This document shows positions 1 to 12,664 of a DNA stretch of 64,000 bases, piece by piece (within the stretch, counting starts at the first letter, position 1; every line of letters starts with the position of its first letter). The notes below the pieces were generated by a model, which saw only the letters and a list, made by a program, of their open reading frames with translations, had not been told where the DNA came from and searched no databases. A program made the position numbers and the translations under genes. Origin of the DNA: an uncultured Thermoleophilia bacterium (GTDB lineage Bacteria > Actinomycetota > Thermoleophilia > UBA2241); the NCBI GenBank assembly GCA_963702475.1, contig CAVPCT010000009.1:256001-320000 (forward strand), in the 5' to 3' direction.

Positions 1-2
1 GC

Positions 3-68
3 ATCCCCGTCGACCGCCTCAGGGAGGGCCTCGAGGTGTTCCGGGCGCTCGTCCTCTCGCGAGCCTGA
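3..68 (+). CDS. 3' end of an upstream gene (IPVDRLREGLEVFRALVLSRA*), product uncertain
   Basis: Open frame with high-GC3 codons from the window edge to TGA 66-68. Confidence 0.45.
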   Translation: MPVDRLREGLEVFRALVLSRA

Positions 69-130
69 GCCCGCCGCCGGCGGCAGAGGGTCCCGCTACC
101 GCGGTCGCGGCGCCACAACGTCACGCGCCC

Positions 131-160
131 TTGCCGCGGCCCGCCGCCAACTGCTACCAT
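131..160 (+). promoter_or_regulatory. Candidate sigma70-type promoter of the pyr operon
   Basis: TTGCCG 131-136, 18 nt, TGc-TACCAT 152-160, just upstream of the PyrR site. Confidence 0.5.
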
Positions 161-167
161 ACCTTGG

Positions 168-245
168 TCCTTTAACCACGTCCCGAGAGACGAAAAGGGG
201 GTGCAGCGCTGCCGTACGCCTACAGGGCCGGTGGCGCGTTTTTTT
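168..245 (+). promoter_or_regulatory. PyrR-binding attenuator (binding loop plus terminator)
   Basis: CCTTTAACCACGTCCCGAGAGACGAAAAGG resembles the PyrR loop consensus; stem 206-214/229-237 followed by a T run 239-245 before pyrR. Confidence 0.8.
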
Positions 246-833
246 ATGCCTGGATCCAGACCGGAGAACGAGGCCGTCGTCATGACGGCCGAGCAGCTGT
301 CGCGCACGCTCACGCGCATCGCCCACGAGATCCTCGAGAAGAACCCCGGCGGGGAGCATCTCGCCGTGGTCGGCATCCATACGCGCGGCGCCTTCCTCGG
401 CGCGCGCATCCACAAGCTGCTCTGCGAGGTGGGCGGGCAGCAGTACGCCAGCGGCGACATCGACATCTCGTTCTACCGCGACGACGTCGCCGCGCGAGGC
501 GCGGTCGGAGTCATACCGAGCAGCACCCCCCAGCCGGTGGTGCGAGACAGCCACCTGCCGTTCGACATCGACGGCGCCCGTGTGGTGCTGGTCGACGACG
601 TGCTCTACACCGGGCGCACCATCCGCGCCGCCATCGACGCGCTGTTCGACTTCGGGCGGCCGGCCTGCGTGCAGCTCGCGGTCCTCGTGGACCGCGGCCA
701 CCGCGAGCTGCCGATCCGGCCGGACTATGTGGGCAAGAACCTGCCGACAGCCCCGCGCGAGCGCATCAGCGTGCGCGTGGCTGAGTGCGACAGCGTGGAC
801 GAGGTCGTCCTCGTGCGCGCCAAGGAGGCCTGA
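246..833 (+). CDS. pyrR: Bifunctional pyr operon regulator / uracil phosphoribosyltransferase
   Basis: LTRIAHEILEKN, VLVDDVLYTGRTIRAA, DRGHRELPIRPDYVGKN. Confidence 0.96.
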   Translation: MPGSRPENEAVVMTAEQLSRTLTRIAHEILEKNPGGEHLAVVGIHTRGAFLGARIHKLLCEVGGQQYASGDIDISFYRDDVAARGAVGVIPSSTPQPVVRDSHLPFDIDGARVVLVDDVLYTGRTIRAAIDALFDFGRPACVQLAVLVDRGHRELPIRPDYVGKNLPTAPRERISVRVAECDSVDEVVLVRAKEA

Positions 834-834
834 C

Positions 835-1776
835 ATGCCCAAGCGGGACCTCATCAGCATCGAGGACCTCTCGCGCGCCGACGTCGAGCTCATCCTCGAC
901 ACCGCGGAGAGCTTCCTGCCGGTGCTGGAGCGCGACATCAAGAAGGTACCGACCCTGCGCGGGCGCACCATCATCAACCTCTTCTGGGAAGCCTCCACCC
1001 GTACCTCGTCCAGCTTCGACCTGGCGGCCAAACGGCTCTCGGCCGACACCCTGGCTCTCAAGGCCAGCGGCTCGGCCGTGGAGAAGGGTGAGACGCTCAA
1101 GGACACGGCCATCACCCTGAGCGCCTACGCGCCCGACATCATCGTCATGCGGCACCCCTCGGCCGGCGCCTGCCAGACGCTCTCGGCCAACACCGAGGCG
1201 AGCGTCATCAACGCCGGCGACGGCAAGCACCAGCACCCCACGCAGTGCCTGCTGGACCTGTTCAGCATGCGCCAGAACCTGGGTCGGGACCTCACCGGCC
1301 TCAAGGTCTTCATCATCGGCGACATCCTGCACAGCCGTGTGGCGCGCAGCGACATCATGGGCTTCCAGATGCTGGGCATGGACGTCACCCTGGTCGCGCC
1401 GCCCACGCTCATGCCGCGCGGCATCGAGGCCATGGGCGTCAAGGTGGAGTACGACCTCGCGAACCTCAAGGACGCGGACGTCATCTACCTCCTGCGCATC
1501 CAGAAGGAGCGCATCAAGGCGGGCGCCAACTACCTGCCGTCGCTGCGCGAGTACAGCCGCCTGTGGGGCATCAGCCAGGCGCGGCTGCGGGCGGGGCAGC
1601 GGGTCATGCACCCCGGCCCCATCAATCGCGGCGTGGAGATCGCCAGCGACATCGCCGACGACGACGAGAACCTCATCGCCCACCAGGTGTTCAGCGGGCT
1701 GGCGGTGCGCATGGCCATCCTCTACAGGACCATCGTCGGCTACAGCGACAGCGCGGCGAACGAGGAGGTGCTCTGA
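835..1776 (+). CDS. pyrB: Aspartate carbamoyltransferase catalytic subunit
   Basis: FWEASTRTSSSF, NAGDGKHQHPTQ, MHPGPINRGVEI; AGGAGG RBS. Confidence 0.96.
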   Translation: MPKRDLISIEDLSRADVELILDTAESFLPVLERDIKKVPTLRGRTIINLFWEASTRTSSSFDLAAKRLSADTLALKASGSAVEKGETLKDTAITLSAYAPDIIVMRHPSAGACQTLSANTEASVINAGDGKHQHPTQCLLDLFSMRQNLGRDLTGLKVFIIGDILHSRVARSDIMGFQMLGMDVTLVAPPTLMPRGIEAMGVKVEYDLANLKDADVIYLLRIQKERIKAGANYLPSLREYSRLWGISQARLRAGQRVMHPGPINRGVEIASDIADDDENLIAHQVFSGLAVRMAILYRTIVGYSDSAANEEVL

Positions 1777-3093
1777 TGGAACGCACCTGGTGCAAGAGCC
1801 TCCCGGCCGCCGACCTGCTGCTCAGCGGCGGCCGCGTCGTCGACCCAGCTTCCGGCCTCGACGGCGTCACGGACGTGCTGATCGCGAAAGGCAGGATCGC
1901 CGGAGTCGGCGACGGCCTCGAGGGCGGCAGGAACACCCGCGTGGTCGACGCCTCCGACATGCTGGTGCTGCCCGGCTTCGTCGACCTGCACGCGCACTTC
2001 CGCACGCCGGGGCGAGAGGACGAGGAGGACCTGGCCACGGGCTCGGCCGCTGCCGCGACCGGCGGCTACGTGGCCGCCTTCGGCATGGCCAACACCGACC
2101 CGGTCACCGACTCGGCGCCGCTTCTCCGTGGCCTCGCGGAGCAGGCCGGGACCGAGGCCGTGATCCCGCTCGGCTTCTGGGCCGCCGTCACCTGTGGCCT
2201 CGCCGGTGAGCAGCTCACCGAGATGGGCGAGCTGGGCGAGGCCGGCGCAGTGGGCTTCAGCGACGACGGCAAGCCGCTGCCCACCTCCGCGCTCACGCGC
2301 CGCGCCCTGCAGTACGTCAAGGTCAGCGGGCGCTTCGTCGGCATCCACGCCCAGGACGACTCGCTCTTCAAGGGTGGGCAGATGCACGAAGGTCCCGCCT
2401 CGGCCCGCCTCGGCCTCACGGGCATCCCGTCGCTCTGCGAAAGCCTGGACGTCTCGCGCTCACTGGATGTGTGCGCCTACGAGGACGCGCACCTGCACGT
2501 CCACCACGTGAGCACCGAGGCGTCGCTCGAGGCCATCGCCCGTGCCAAAGCAGCCGGCGTGAAGGTCACGATCGAGGCCACGCCGCACCACCTCACCATG
2601 AACGACGAGGCCGTCGCCTCGCTCGACCCCAACCTCAAGATGAACCCGCCGCTGCGCGCCGAGAGCGACCGCCAGGCGCTCGTCGCGGCGCTGAGGAGCG
2701 GTCTTGTCGACTGCGTCGCGACCGATCACGCGCCGCACGCGTCTGAAGAGAAGGACGTGCCGTACCGAGGAGGCGCCGTTCGGGTGCATCGGCCTGGAGA
2801 CCGCGTTCAGCGTGCTCTACGCCGGGCTCGTCGAGCCGGGCCTCCTCGATCTCGGCACGCTGGTGACACGCATGAGCACAGCTCCCGCCGGCATCGCCGG
2901 CCTCACGCCGCCGGCCGTCTGCGCCGGCGCTCCCGCAGACCTCTGCGTAGTCGATCCCCGCGCCACGTGGGCGGTCACCCCGCAGACCCTGCAGTCCCGT
3001 TCGTTCAACTCGCCGTGGCTCGGCAAGGAGCTCACGGCCAGGGTCAGGCTCACAGTCGCAGCGGGTCGTGTGGCCTGGGACGACCTTGCCTAG
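1776..3093 (+). CDS. pyrC: Dihydroorotase with a +1 frameshift near 2766 (probable sequence error)
   Basis: PGFVDLHAHFRTPG, KMNPPLR, ATDHAPH in one frame; EEAPFGCIGLETA continues in the next frame after an extra C; ends TAG. Confidence 0.9.
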
Positions 3094-4188
3094 CCCGGCC
3101 GTCATCGTCCTCGAGGACGGGGCCCTGTTCCACGGCGAGGCTCTCGCCGGCGGCGGCTCCGTGGGCGGCGAGGTCGTGTTCAACACGAGCATGTCCGGCT
3201 ACCAGGAGATCGCCACCGACCCGTCCTACTGCGGGCAGCTGATCACGTACACGTTCCCGATGAACGGCAACTACGGGGCCGACCCGGACCGCGACGAGTC
3301 GGGCAAGGCGCACGCCCGCGCCATCATCACACGCGAGCTCACCAACTACCGCTACAACCGCGCTTCGCGCACCACCTGGCTCGACTGGCTGGCCGAGCAC
3401 GGCGTGCTGGCCGTGACCGGCGTCGACACGCGCGCCCTCACGCGACACATCCGCGAGGCGGGCGCCATGCGCGCCGTCGTCAGTACCGAGACGGCGGACA
3501 TCAAGCACCTGCGTCAGGCCGCCCAGAAGCTGCCGGTCATGGGCGGCCTCGACCTCGCCAAGGTCGTCACCTGCGGGGAGGCGTACGAGGCGCCGGCGCC
3601 CGCAGGGGCGGCGCCCGACCTGCACGTCGTGGCCTTCGACTACGGCATCAAGCGCTCCATGCTCGGCTACCTGGCGAACGCCGGCTTCCGCGTCACCGTT
3701 GTGCCGGCTGCCACGAGCGCGAAGGACGTGCTCAAGCGCGAGCCCGACGGCGTGTTCCTCAGCAACGGCCCGGGCGACCCGGCCGCCGTCGGCTACGCCG
3801 TCAAGACCATCGAGAGGCTGCTCGGCAAGGTGCCCTTGTTCGGCATCTGCCTCGGTCACCAGCTGCTCGCCCAGGCGCTCGGCCTGAGCACGTACAAGCT
3901 CAAGTTCGGGCACCGCGGCGCCAACCACCCCGTCAAGGACCTGCGCACCGGAGTGATCGAGATCACCACGCAGAACCACGGGTTCGCCGTGAAGAACGAG
4001 CCCGTGCCCGGCGCGGAGATCACCCACATCAACCTGAACGACGACACCGTCGAGGGTGTAGCGGCCCCCAACGACTACGCCTTCTCCGTCCAGTACCACC
4101 CGGAGTCGACGCCCGGTCCTCACGACTCGCTCTACCTGTTCGACCGCTTCCGCGACGAGATCGCGCGCTTCAAGAAGGGCGGTGTGTG

Positions 4189-4189
<1 letters not shown>
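3086..4189 (+). CDS. carA: Carbamoyl-phosphate synthase small subunit
   Basis: [34 protein letters not shown]. Confidence 0.96.
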
Positions 4190-7386
<3,197 letters not shown>

Positions 7387-7406
7387 GACAGGGGGGCGAC
7401 GACGTG

Positions 7407-8195
7407 ATGAGCGGACCCGCGACAGAGCACACGCAGGGCGAGCAGTGGGCGGAGACGTCACACTGCCGGGTCGCCGGCGTCCGCCGGTTCGGCGTCTTCA
7501 CGGCGCTGGAGGTGGTGGCGCCGCGCGTCGCCGCGAAGGCGGCGCCCGGGCAGTTCGTCATGGTCGCCGTGCCCGGCGGCGGCTTCCTGCTTCGCCGCCC
7601 CGTCTCGCTCTTCAGCGTGCGCGCCGACAGGGTCGGCCTGTTCGTCGAGTCGCGGGGCGCCGGCAGCGAACGCATCGCTCAGGCGGAGGTGGGGGAGAGC
7701 CTGGATCTCGCCGGGCCGCTGGGCTCGGCCTTCCCGGTCGAGGGCGTCGCGAGCGCCCTGCTGATAGGCGGCGGCATCGGTTGCGCGCCCCTGCAGTACC
7801 TTGCCGACGAGCTGGCGGCGGCCGGCGGTCACGTCACCGCCGCCTTCGGCTTCCGCGACTTCCGCGCCGCCCGCGCCGCCGGGGCGTTCACCATCGAACG
7901 CCTGTGGGTCGCCACGGAGGACGGGAGCATCGGGCGGCGCGGCATGGTCCTGGATGTGCTCGCGGAACTGGACGTCCCGCCGCAGACCGTCGTGTACGCG
8001 TGCGGTCCGTCGGCGATGATCGGCGCCGTGCAGCGCTGGACGCTGGCGGAAGGGCTGCGCGGCTACGCGTCCCTCGAGGCGCACATGGCCTGCGGAACCG
8101 GCTCGTGCCACGGTTGCGTGGTCGAGACCACCAGAGGGGCGCTGCGCGTGTGCAGCGAGGGGCCTGTGTTCGCGCTCGATGAGGTGGTCGCGTGA
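7407..8195 (+). CDS. pyrK: Dihydroorotate dehydrogenase electron transfer subunit
   Basis: PGQFVMV, LLRRPVS, GGGIGCAP, EAHMACGTGSCHGC...VCSEGPVF 2Fe-2S motif. Confidence 0.92.
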   Translation: MSGPATEHTQGEQWAETSHCRVAGVRRFGVFTALEVVAPRVAAKAAPGQFVMVAVPGGGFLLRRPVSLFSVRADRVGLFVESRGAGSERIAQAEVGESLDLAGPLGSAFPVEGVASALLIGGGIGCAPLQYLADELAAAGGHVTAAFGFRDFRAARAAGAFTIERLWVATEDGSIGRRGMVLDVLAELDVPPQTVVYACGPSAMIGAVQRWTLAEGLRGYASLEAHMACGTGSCHGCVVETTRGALRVCSEGPVFALDEVVA

Positions 8196-9166
8196 GAACT
8201 GCGCTACCCCCCGAGAGCGTCAGACTCGGCGTCGAGCTGGGCGGGCTGCACCTCGCCCACCCGCTCGTCGACGCCTCAGGTACGTTCGACGTGCTCGAGT
8301 ACGCGCGGCGCTTCGAAGGCGACTACTTCGCGTGCTTCCCGTACGCGGCCTACGTACCCAAGACGGTCACCGCGGACCCGCGCACCGGCAACCCGCCCCC
8401 GCGCGTCACCGAGACGCCGGCCGGCATGATCAACGCTATCGGCCTGGAGAACCCCGGCATCGATGCCTGGATAGTGCAGCTGCCGGAGTGGGCGCGGCTG
8501 GAGCAGCCGGTCATCGTCAGCGTCGGCGGCAACGCTCCCGAGCAGTACGCGGCCGTGGTCCGCCGCCTCGAGGAGCACCTGGCGTCAGCGGACGCGAGGA
8601 CCGTGCCGCCCATCGAAGGCTACGAGCTCAACGTGTCCTGCCCCAACGTCTCCGGCGGGCTGCAGATCGGCGCCGATCCCACCGCTACGGCGGCCGTCGT
8701 CGGCGCCGTCCGCGCCGAGACCGGACGGCTTCTGCTGGCCAAGCTCACACCCAACGTGGCGGATGTCGTCGCTGTCGCCCGCGCCGCCACGCTGGCGGGC
8801 GCGGACGGCCTCTCGCTCATCAACACCGTCAAGGCCATGGTGCTCGACCGCGACACCTTACGGCCGTTTCTGGGCAACCGCACCGGTGGCCTCTGCGGAC
8901 CGGCTATCAAGCCCATCGCCCTCCGCATGGTCGCGGAGGTGGCGCAGGCTCTGCCGGGCGTGCCGCTGGTAGGCATGGGTGGCGTCATGACCGGCCTCGA
9001 TGCGCTTGAACTCATCGCCTGCGGCGCCACGGCCGTGGCCGTCGGCGCCGCCAACTTCACCGGCATGGAGGCGCCGGCCCGGATACTCACAGAGCTGCGT
9101 CTGGAGCTGGCGGCGCGGGGCTTCGCGTCGCCGGCGGAGGCGCGGGGGGTGGCGCTGCGCGCCTGA
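8192..9166 (+). CDS. pyrD: Dihydroorotate dehydrogenase (family 1B) catalytic subunit
   Basis: GNPPPRVTETPAGMINAIGLENPG, ELNVSCPNV, KLTPNV. Confidence 0.94.
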   Translation: MRTALPPESVRLGVELGGLHLAHPLVDASGTFDVLEYARRFEGDYFACFPYAAYVPKTVTADPRTGNPPPRVTETPAGMINAIGLENPGIDAWIVQLPEWARLEQPVIVSVGGNAPEQYAAVVRRLEEHLASADARTVPPIEGYELNVSCPNVSGGLQIGADPTATAAVVGAVRAETGRLLLAKLTPNVADVVAVARAATLAGADGLSLINTVKAMVLDRDTLRPFLGNRTGGLCGPAIKPIALRMVAEVAQALPGVPLVGMGGVMTGLDALELIACGATAVAVGAANFTGMEAPARILTELRLELAARGFASPAEARGVALRA

Positions 9167-9247
9167 CCCGCGCCGCCGCTTCCGGGCCCGCGGCGTCCCT
9201 GGCCGAGAAAGTACCAGCTAGCGGCCTCATTCGTCCCCGCCCGTCTG

Positions 9248-9277
9248 TTGAACTGCGCGAGAGCCTTCACATATACT
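9248..9277 (+). promoter_or_regulatory. Sigma70-type promoter; mihF transcript probably leaderless or nearly so
   Basis: TTGAAC-18-TATACT with the ATG 8 nt later and no SD. Confidence 0.55.
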
Positions 9278-9285
9278 CTCGCGCG

Positions 9286-9621
9286 ATGTCCACCACCTCA
9301 GCCAGGCAGTCCAACACAGCCCCCGAGCGCTCACTGGGCCAGCGCATGGACGCGCTGGGCAGAGCGAACGAGGTCCGCAGCCGTCGCGCCGCCCTCAAGG
9401 CCGACCTCAAGCGCGGCGCCGTCGGCATCAAGGATGTCCTCCAGGCGCCTCCTGAATTCCTGCTCACCGCCAAGGTCCAGGACCTTCTGATGGCGGCGCC
9501 CAAGTGCGGACGCGTGAAGTCCGCCAAGATCATGGAGCAGTGTCGCATCAGCCCGAGCAAGACCGTCGGCGGTCTCTCGGAGCGCCAGCGCACCGAGTTG
9601 CTCGCTCACTTCGGAGGCTGA
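9286..9621 (+). CDS. mihF: Actinobacterial integration host factor (mIHF/sIHF)
   Basis: RAALKADLKRG...KVQDLLMAAPKCGRVKSAKIMEQCRISPSKTVGGLSERQR; upstream of gmk. Confidence 0.9.
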   Translation: MSTTSARQSNTAPERSLGQRMDALGRANEVRSRRAALKADLKRGAVGIKDVLQAPPEFLLTAKVQDLLMAAPKCGRVKSAKIMEQCRISPSKTVGGLSERQRTELLAHFGG

Positions 9622-9633
9622 CCCATCCCCGCC

Positions 9634-10185
9634 GTGTTCGTCATCTCGGGGCCTTCGGGCGCCGGGAAGGGCACCGTCATCGCGCTCGTCAGGGAACAGC
9701 TGGACCACGTGGTGACGTCGGTGTCGGCCACTACGCGGCCGCCGCGGCCCGGTGAGGTGGACGGTGGGGAGTACTACTTCTTGCAGCGGGCGGCCTTCGA
9801 ACGCGGCGTCGAGGCGAGGGAGTTCCTGGAGTGGGTAGAATACAGCGGCAACCTGTACGGCACGCTGCGCCGCGACGTCATGGCCAAGCTTGCGGCCGGC
9901 AACGACGTCATCCTCGAGATCGAGCTCGTGGGGGCTCGTGCCGTACGGACGACCATGCCCGAGGCGGTGAGCGTGTTCATCGCGCCGCCGTCCATGGCCG
10001 AGCTGGCGCTGCGGCTCCGCGGTCGCGCGACCGAGACGGACGAGGCCATCGCCCGCCGCCTGCACAGGGCGGTGACCGAGGTGGCGGCGGCCGGTGAGTT
10101 CGACCACGTGGTGGTCAACGACGACGCAAAGCGGGCGGCCGCAGAGGTGGCCGCCATCATCGCAGACAGACGAAAGGGAACCTAA
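9634..10185 (+). CDS. gmk: Guanylate kinase
   Basis: ISGPSGAGKGT, SVSATTRPPRPGEVDG. Confidence 0.96.
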   Translation: MFVISGPSGAGKGTVIALVREQLDHVVTSVSATTRPPRPGEVDGGEYYFLQRAAFERGVEAREFLEWVEYSGNLYGTLRRDVMAKLAAGNDVILEIELVGARAVRTTMPEAVSVFIAPPSMAELALRLRGRATETDEAIARRLHRAVTEVAAAGEFDHVVVNDDAKRAAAEVAAIIADRRKGT

Positions 10186-10425
10186 GTGGACAAGCCCCGC
10201 ATCGACGAGCTCTTGCCGCACGCCGACGGCTCACGGTACGAGCTGGTCATGATCGCCGCCAAGCGCGCGCGCCAGATCAACAGCTACTACCACAGCCTCG
10301 GCGAGAACACGATGGGCATCGAGGACCTCACCCCGCCGCTCATCAACACACGCAGCACGAACCTCCTCACCATCGCCTTCGAGGAGATCGTCGACAACAA
10401 GATCGAGCACACCTGCCCCGAGTGA
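10186..10425 (+). CDS. rpoZ: RNA polymerase omega subunit
   Basis: SRYELVMIAAKRARQINSYY; between gmk and coaBC. Confidence 0.93.
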   Translation: MDKPRIDELLPHADGSRYELVMIAAKRARQINSYYHSLGENTMGIEDLTPPLINTRSTNLLTIAFEEIVDNKIEHTCPE

Positions 10426-10432
10426 ACCGGGC

Positions 10433-11650
10433 ATGAGCGACGGCGGCCAGCACGCGGCCGGCGGCGGCCGCAGCGTCCTCGTCGGCGTCACCGGCGGCAT
10501 CGCCATCTACAAGGCGGTCGACCTGGTGCGCGGGCTGGTGAAGGACGGCTTCGAGCCGTTCGTGGTCACCACCGAGGCGGCGCAGCGGTTCGTCATGCCG
10601 CTCACGTTCGCTGCCGTCTCGCAGGCCCCGGTGCTCGACGACTCCAGCGCCTGGCAGGCGAGCGGCGGCTGGTTCCAGCACATCGAGGCGGCCCGCTCGG
10701 CGCGCGTCATGGTGGTCGCCCCCGCGACCGCCAACACCATCGCCAAGATGGCCGCCGGGCAGGCCGACAACCTGCTCACCGCCATCTACCTCGCCTTCCG
10801 GGGACCCGTCATCGTGGCGCCGACCATGAACTGGGCCATGAACGAGCACCCGGCGACCGTGGACAACCTGCGGGTGCTCGCGGAGCGCGGTGTGGAGGTG
10901 CTGCCCACCGAGACCGGCGAGCTGGCCTGCGGCGAGGAGGGCTCGGGCCGCATGGCTTCGCCCGACGCCATCCGCATGGCCGTGCGGCGCGCCTTCGCGA
11001 GCACGGCCACGGGACCCCTCGCGGGAAAGAAGGTCGTCGTCACCTCCGGCGGGACGCGCGAGCATATTGACGCGGTGCGCTTCATCGGTAACCGCTCCAG
11101 CGGCAAGATGGGCCGCGCGGTGGCCGACGAAGCCTACCTGCGCGGCGCCCGCGTGGCGCTCGTCACCACGCAGCCGGCCTCGGGCGTGCCGTACGACATC
11201 GTGCCGGTGGAGAGCGCCGACGACATGGCCGCGGCCGTCGGCCGGGAACTGGAGGACGCCGACGTGCTCGTCATGGCCGCCGCCGTGGCCGACTTCCGGC
11301 CCAGGGAGGTCGACGGCGGTAAGATCCCGCGCGGTGACCGCGATACGCTCACGCTCGAGCTCGTGCGCACGGTCGACGTGCTCGCCGGCACCGCGCGTCC
11401 CGGTCTCTTCCGCGTCGGCTTCGCCGCCGAGGCCGGCCCGCAGCTGCAGCGCGCTCGCGAGAAGAAGGCGGCGAAGGCCGTCGACCTCCTGGTGTTCAAT
11501 GACATCCTCGCCGAGGGCGTCGGCATCGGCGCCGACGAGAACGAGATCACCATCATCGGCGCACTCGGCGAGACCCACGTGCCGCGCACGAGCAAGTCGG
11601 TCTGCGCGGCCGCCATCGTCGATCACATCGAACGGGGACTGGCGACATGA
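10433..11650 (+). CDS. coaBC: Phosphopantothenoylcysteine decarboxylase/ligase
   Basis: GVTGGIAIYKA, APATANTIAK, LACGEEGSGRM, GNRSSGKMG. Confidence 0.95.
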   Translation: MSDGGQHAAGGGRSVLVGVTGGIAIYKAVDLVRGLVKDGFEPFVVTTEAAQRFVMPLTFAAVSQAPVLDDSSAWQASGGWFQHIEAARSARVMVVAPATANTIAKMAAGQADNLLTAIYLAFRGPVIVAPTMNWAMNEHPATVDNLRVLAERGVEVLPTETGELACGEEGSGRMASPDAIRMAVRRAFASTATGPLAGKKVVVTSGGTREHIDAVRFIGNRSSGKMGRAVADEAYLRGARVALVTTQPASGVPYDIVPVESADDMAAAVGRELEDADVLVMAAAVADFRPREVDGGKIPRGDRDTLTLELVRTVDVLAGTARPGLFRVGFAAEAGPQLQRAREKKAAKAVDLLVFNDILAEGVGIGADENEITIIGALGETHVPRTSKSVCAAAIVDHIERGLAT

Positions 11651-12207
11651 GTGCGTCGACGCGCGACCAGGTGCTCGCCTTGCTCGAGCAGCGTGTCGCG
11701 AACGACCACCTGCGCCGCCACATGTTCGCCACCGAGGCCATCATGAGAGCTGTCGCCGTCCGGCTCGGTGAGGACGAGGCGCTCTGGGGCATCGCCGGTT
11801 TGGCCCACGACCTCGACTCGGAGGAGACCGACGACGACTTCGCGCAGCACGGTGTCGGTGCGGCGCAGGCCCTGCGCGACCTCGGGGTGTCGGAGGAGGC
11901 GGCGCACGCCGTGGCTGCGCACAACCCCGACACCGGCGTGCTCGCCGGCACGCGGATGGACGTCGCACTCATCGCCGCCGACCAGCTGAGCGGGCTCATC
12001 ACAGCCGCGGCGTTGGTGCGCCCGGACAGGGATCTCGCCGGGGTGCAGCTCAAGTCGGTGCGCAAGCGCTATCGCGAGGGCGCGTTCGCGCGCGGGGTCG
12101 ACCGCGCCTCCATCGCGCGCTGCGCGGAGCTCGGTCTGGCGCTCGACGACTTCATGGCGCTCGGCCTCCAGGCCATGCAGGGTATCGCCCCGGAGCTGGG
12201 GCTGTAG
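11647..12207 (+). CDS. HD/HDIG-domain hydrolase
   Basis: LRRHMFATE, WGIAGLAHDLD, FARGVDR; ends GGG CTG TAG. Confidence 0.85.
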   Translation: MSASTRDQVLALLEQRVANDHLRRHMFATEAIMRAVAVRLGEDEALWGIAGLAHDLDSEETDDDFAQHGVGAAQALRDLGVSEEAAHAVAAHNPDTGVLAGTRMDVALIAADQLSGLITAAALVRPDRDLAGVQLKSVRKRYREGAFARGVDRASIARCAELGLALDDFMALGLQAMQGIAPELGL

Positions 12208-12220
12208 CCTCACGCGGCAG

Positions 12221-12613
12221 ATGGACGACCGCATCCGGCGAGAGCCGGCCTTCGAGCCGGAGAGCGAGGCCTACGATCTCTTCACCCGCGGCATGGCCTT
12301 TCTGCGCGACAAGCACCCGCCGCAGGCCGCCATGCTCCTTCGCCGCGCGCTCGAGCTGGAGCCCGGCCGCAACTCCATCCGCGAGGGCCTGGGCCGGGCC
12401 GAGTTCGCGCTCGGCCGCCACCAACAGGCCGCCGAGCTGTTCGGCGCCCTGCTCGCCGACTGCCCCGACAACGACTACGCGCACTACGCACGGGGGCGCT
12501 GCCTGCTGGCTCTTGGCTGCGACGACGAAGCGCGGGCGCATCTGCGTCTGGCCCGCGCTCTCGCGCCACACAGCGACCTGTATCGCGCGACGCTCGCCGG
12601 GGCGGAGGGCTGA
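12221..12613 (+). CDS. Tetratricopeptide repeat protein
   Basis: TPR-like helices (ALELEP..REGLGRA; PDNDYAHYARGRCL). Confidence 0.8.
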   Translation: MDDRIRREPAFEPESEAYDLFTRGMAFLRDKHPPQAAMLLRRALELEPGRNSIREGLGRAEFALGRHQQAAELFGALLADCPDNDYAHYARGRCLLALGCDDEARAHLRLARALAPHSDLYRATLAGAEG

Positions 12614-12664
12614 GGAGCGGCCGGAGCGACGCACGTCGCTCCCTGTCGGTCGCCGGCCGCCCGG

